Shown here piece by piece: positions 62,077 through 64,000 of a DNA stretch of 64,000 bases. A program made the position numbers and the translations under genes. The stretch's first letter is position 1. The number at the start of each line of letters is the position of its first letter. The stretch lies in NCBI RefSeq assembly GCF_009914755.1, contig NC_060932.1; one strand, 5' to 3'. The DNA comes from the human T2T-CHM13v2.0 reference genome, Homo sapiens. The notes beneath the pieces were generated by a model, which was not told the DNA's origin, did no database searches, and worked only from the letters and a program-made list of their open reading frames with translations.

Positions 62077-63074
62077 TGTAAACAAAAACAGAATTAAACT
62101 CTGTAAAATATTTAAAGAGGTTTATTCTGAGCCAAGTAAGTGACCATGGCCCAAGGCATAGTCTCAAGAAGTTATAAATTGGTTTTGTATGTTTTAGGGA
62201 GACAGAAGACATCAATCAATATATATGAGGTACACAAGCGTTCAGTCTGAAAAGGTGGGACAACTTGAAGAGGGGGTGCTTATAAGTCATAGGTGGATAC
62301 AAGGATTTTCTGACTGGCAATTGGTTGAAAGAGTTAAGTTATTATCTAAAGACCTGAAATCAGTAGAAAGGAGTGTCTCAGTTAATATAAGGGGTTGTGG
62401 AGATAAATTGTAGATGAAGTCTCATAGGTGGCCACCTTTAGAGATAACAGATGGCAAATTTTTCCTGTCTGACCTTTAACAGGTGCTAGACTCTTGCTAA
62501 TCCATTCAGGATAAGAAAAGGACTTAAGGCCCAGCAAGGTGGCTCACGCCTGTAATCCCAGCACTCTGGGAGGCCGAGGCGGGTGGATCATGAGGTCAGG
62601 AGATCGAGACCATCCTGGCTAACATGGTGAAACCCAGTCTCAAAAAAAAAAAAAAAAAAAAGAAAGAAGGAAAGAAAAATAAAAGGACCTAGAAAAGGGA
62701 CGAGGATTCTCTACAGAATTTTAATTTCCCCATTAGAAGACAGAACTGCAAGACTATTTCAAAATATGTCAAAGAAATATGTTTTGGGGTAAAACCTCCT
62801 ACATGTTATGTGGTGCTACACTAGAGTCAGGTTGGAATTTGGTATCCTACTGCAACAAAGAGTCTGTTTTGTCAGTCTTAAGATCTCTGTTTTAATGTTA
62901 ATGCTGGTCAGTTGTGCCTGAACACCAAAGGGAGGAGAGTACAGTGAGGCCTGTCTAACCCTCACTTCCCATCATGGCCTGAGCTAACGTTTCAGGTTTC
63001 TTTGGAATCCCCTTGGTTCATAGGGGGGTTCATTCAGTTAGTAGGAGGACTTAGAATTATATTTTTGGTTTACA
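62077..63074 (-). mobile_element. MER4-family LTR (B/D-like) with Alu monomer
   Basis: Reverse-complement homologue of 6264-7362 (aaactctgtaaaatatttaaagaggtttattctgagcca ... tttttggtttaca); TSD tagc/taac. Confidence 0.87.
62528..62680 (+). mobile_element. AluY left monomer fused directly to tail
   Basis: ggatcatgaggtcaggagatcgagaccatcctggctaac..gtctc-poly(A); TSD aaaaggactta/aaaaggaccta. Confidence 0.9.
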
Positions 63075-63613
63075 TAACAATACATTCAAGTCTATCCACA
63101 CATGAGCTGTTGTAGCGATTTCTCTGAAGTTTTTATCAATCTCTTCACCTTCAGCTTGCAGGGCTTCAGGAAAAAGACAGTTTTGTTTTTAGTGATTTGA
63201 AGTCAGAAGAGTGAGAGCAAATGAGAAATGCTAGTTTGGAAAGTCATAGTGAGATATTGGAGAAAAACTGGAAGAATTCCGAATCCAGTTTACTTTATGG
63301 ATAGGTAACAGTAGTTCAAGGACAATGAAAAGGACTAGAATCTAATAGGTATACTATAATTTTTCTCTCTACATTCACCTCCATTTTTACCAAAAATAAT
63401 CATAGTAACATTGGTTTCTTTGCAAATTAAAAGTAGTCTCACTAAACTTCGAGTATTTATATAAGTGAGCAAGAGTAGCAATTGAACGTATAGGATCTGT
63501 TAAAGTCCACTTTGCTGGAACTTATGAGATATAGCAAATACAAGTTTTAAACCCTCTTAAGTTTAGAAAGCCAAGCCAAGGAATTGACATTGGACTTCAT
63601 CTACAATACTTAT

Positions 63614-64000
63614 TGACAGAGCAGGAGCATCGCCATCTTGGACAAGCACTGCCATTTTAAAGTTCACCTTGATCAAAAACTGCCCAAATCCAAAGGGCAT
63701 CAGCCTAATGGCTAAGGTCAGCCTGACCATAAACGACAAATAACATCTCTGACCAGAAACAGTCTAACCATAAGATAAACCCCTTCCCCAACCAGAGACA
63801 TACCAGCTCCCCTCTGGCCAGAGAAATGTCAGCCCCAAGATAACCTCCCCTCCAACCGGAGACATTCCAACCCCACAATAAACTTCTCCCTCACACAGAA
63901 AATTTCTGAGCCTGTAATAAGCTCTCTCACCCTAAAACCAATAAATACTGTCAGTTTGTAAGAGAGAGTGCTCATGACAAAAATCGGCCAGAAGCCCCTC
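63614..64000 (+). mobile_element. LTR19-like ERV1 LTR, runs off window end
   Basis: tgacagagcaggagcatcgccatcttggacaagcactgccattttaaagttc start; internal ccaaccagagacat repeats. Confidence 0.65.

Larger units (their letters stand above)
61777..63613 (-). mobile_element. Probable ERV1 (MER4-group) internal sequence adjoining the LTR
   Basis: Directly abuts the LTR and is continuous across the MER4 insert; ggcatttctatggaaataaaagaaaaacaaa-type segments. Inferred mainly from position. Confidence 0.5.

Overview
This window is primate (human-like) genomic DNA: AT-rich, CpG-depleted and dominated by interspersed repeats. I find about 17 Alus, many old and nested LINE-1 segments (mostly + strand), L2/MIR remnants, MaLR LTRs (THE1, MST, MLT1) and ERV1-group LTRs (MER4, LTR8, MER34-like with internal sequence, LTR19-like). 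There is also a near-complete HSMAR2 mariner, a piggyBac-derived MER85 MITE and a probable hAT-Tip100 transposase remnant. I cannot support any intact protein-coding gene, RNA gene or new biological system; the recognisable ORFs derive from repeats and the rest look like chance ORFs. The most notable observations are the MER85 element, a TSD-flanked retroposed 3'-end fragment of unknown origin, two unexplained non-repeat inserts inside L1 fossils, multi-layer insertion nesting, and a small CpG-retaining island with E2F and AP-1 motifs. Repeat families were recognised from memory of consensus sequences, not from a database search, so subfamily names and boundaries without TSD support are approximate.
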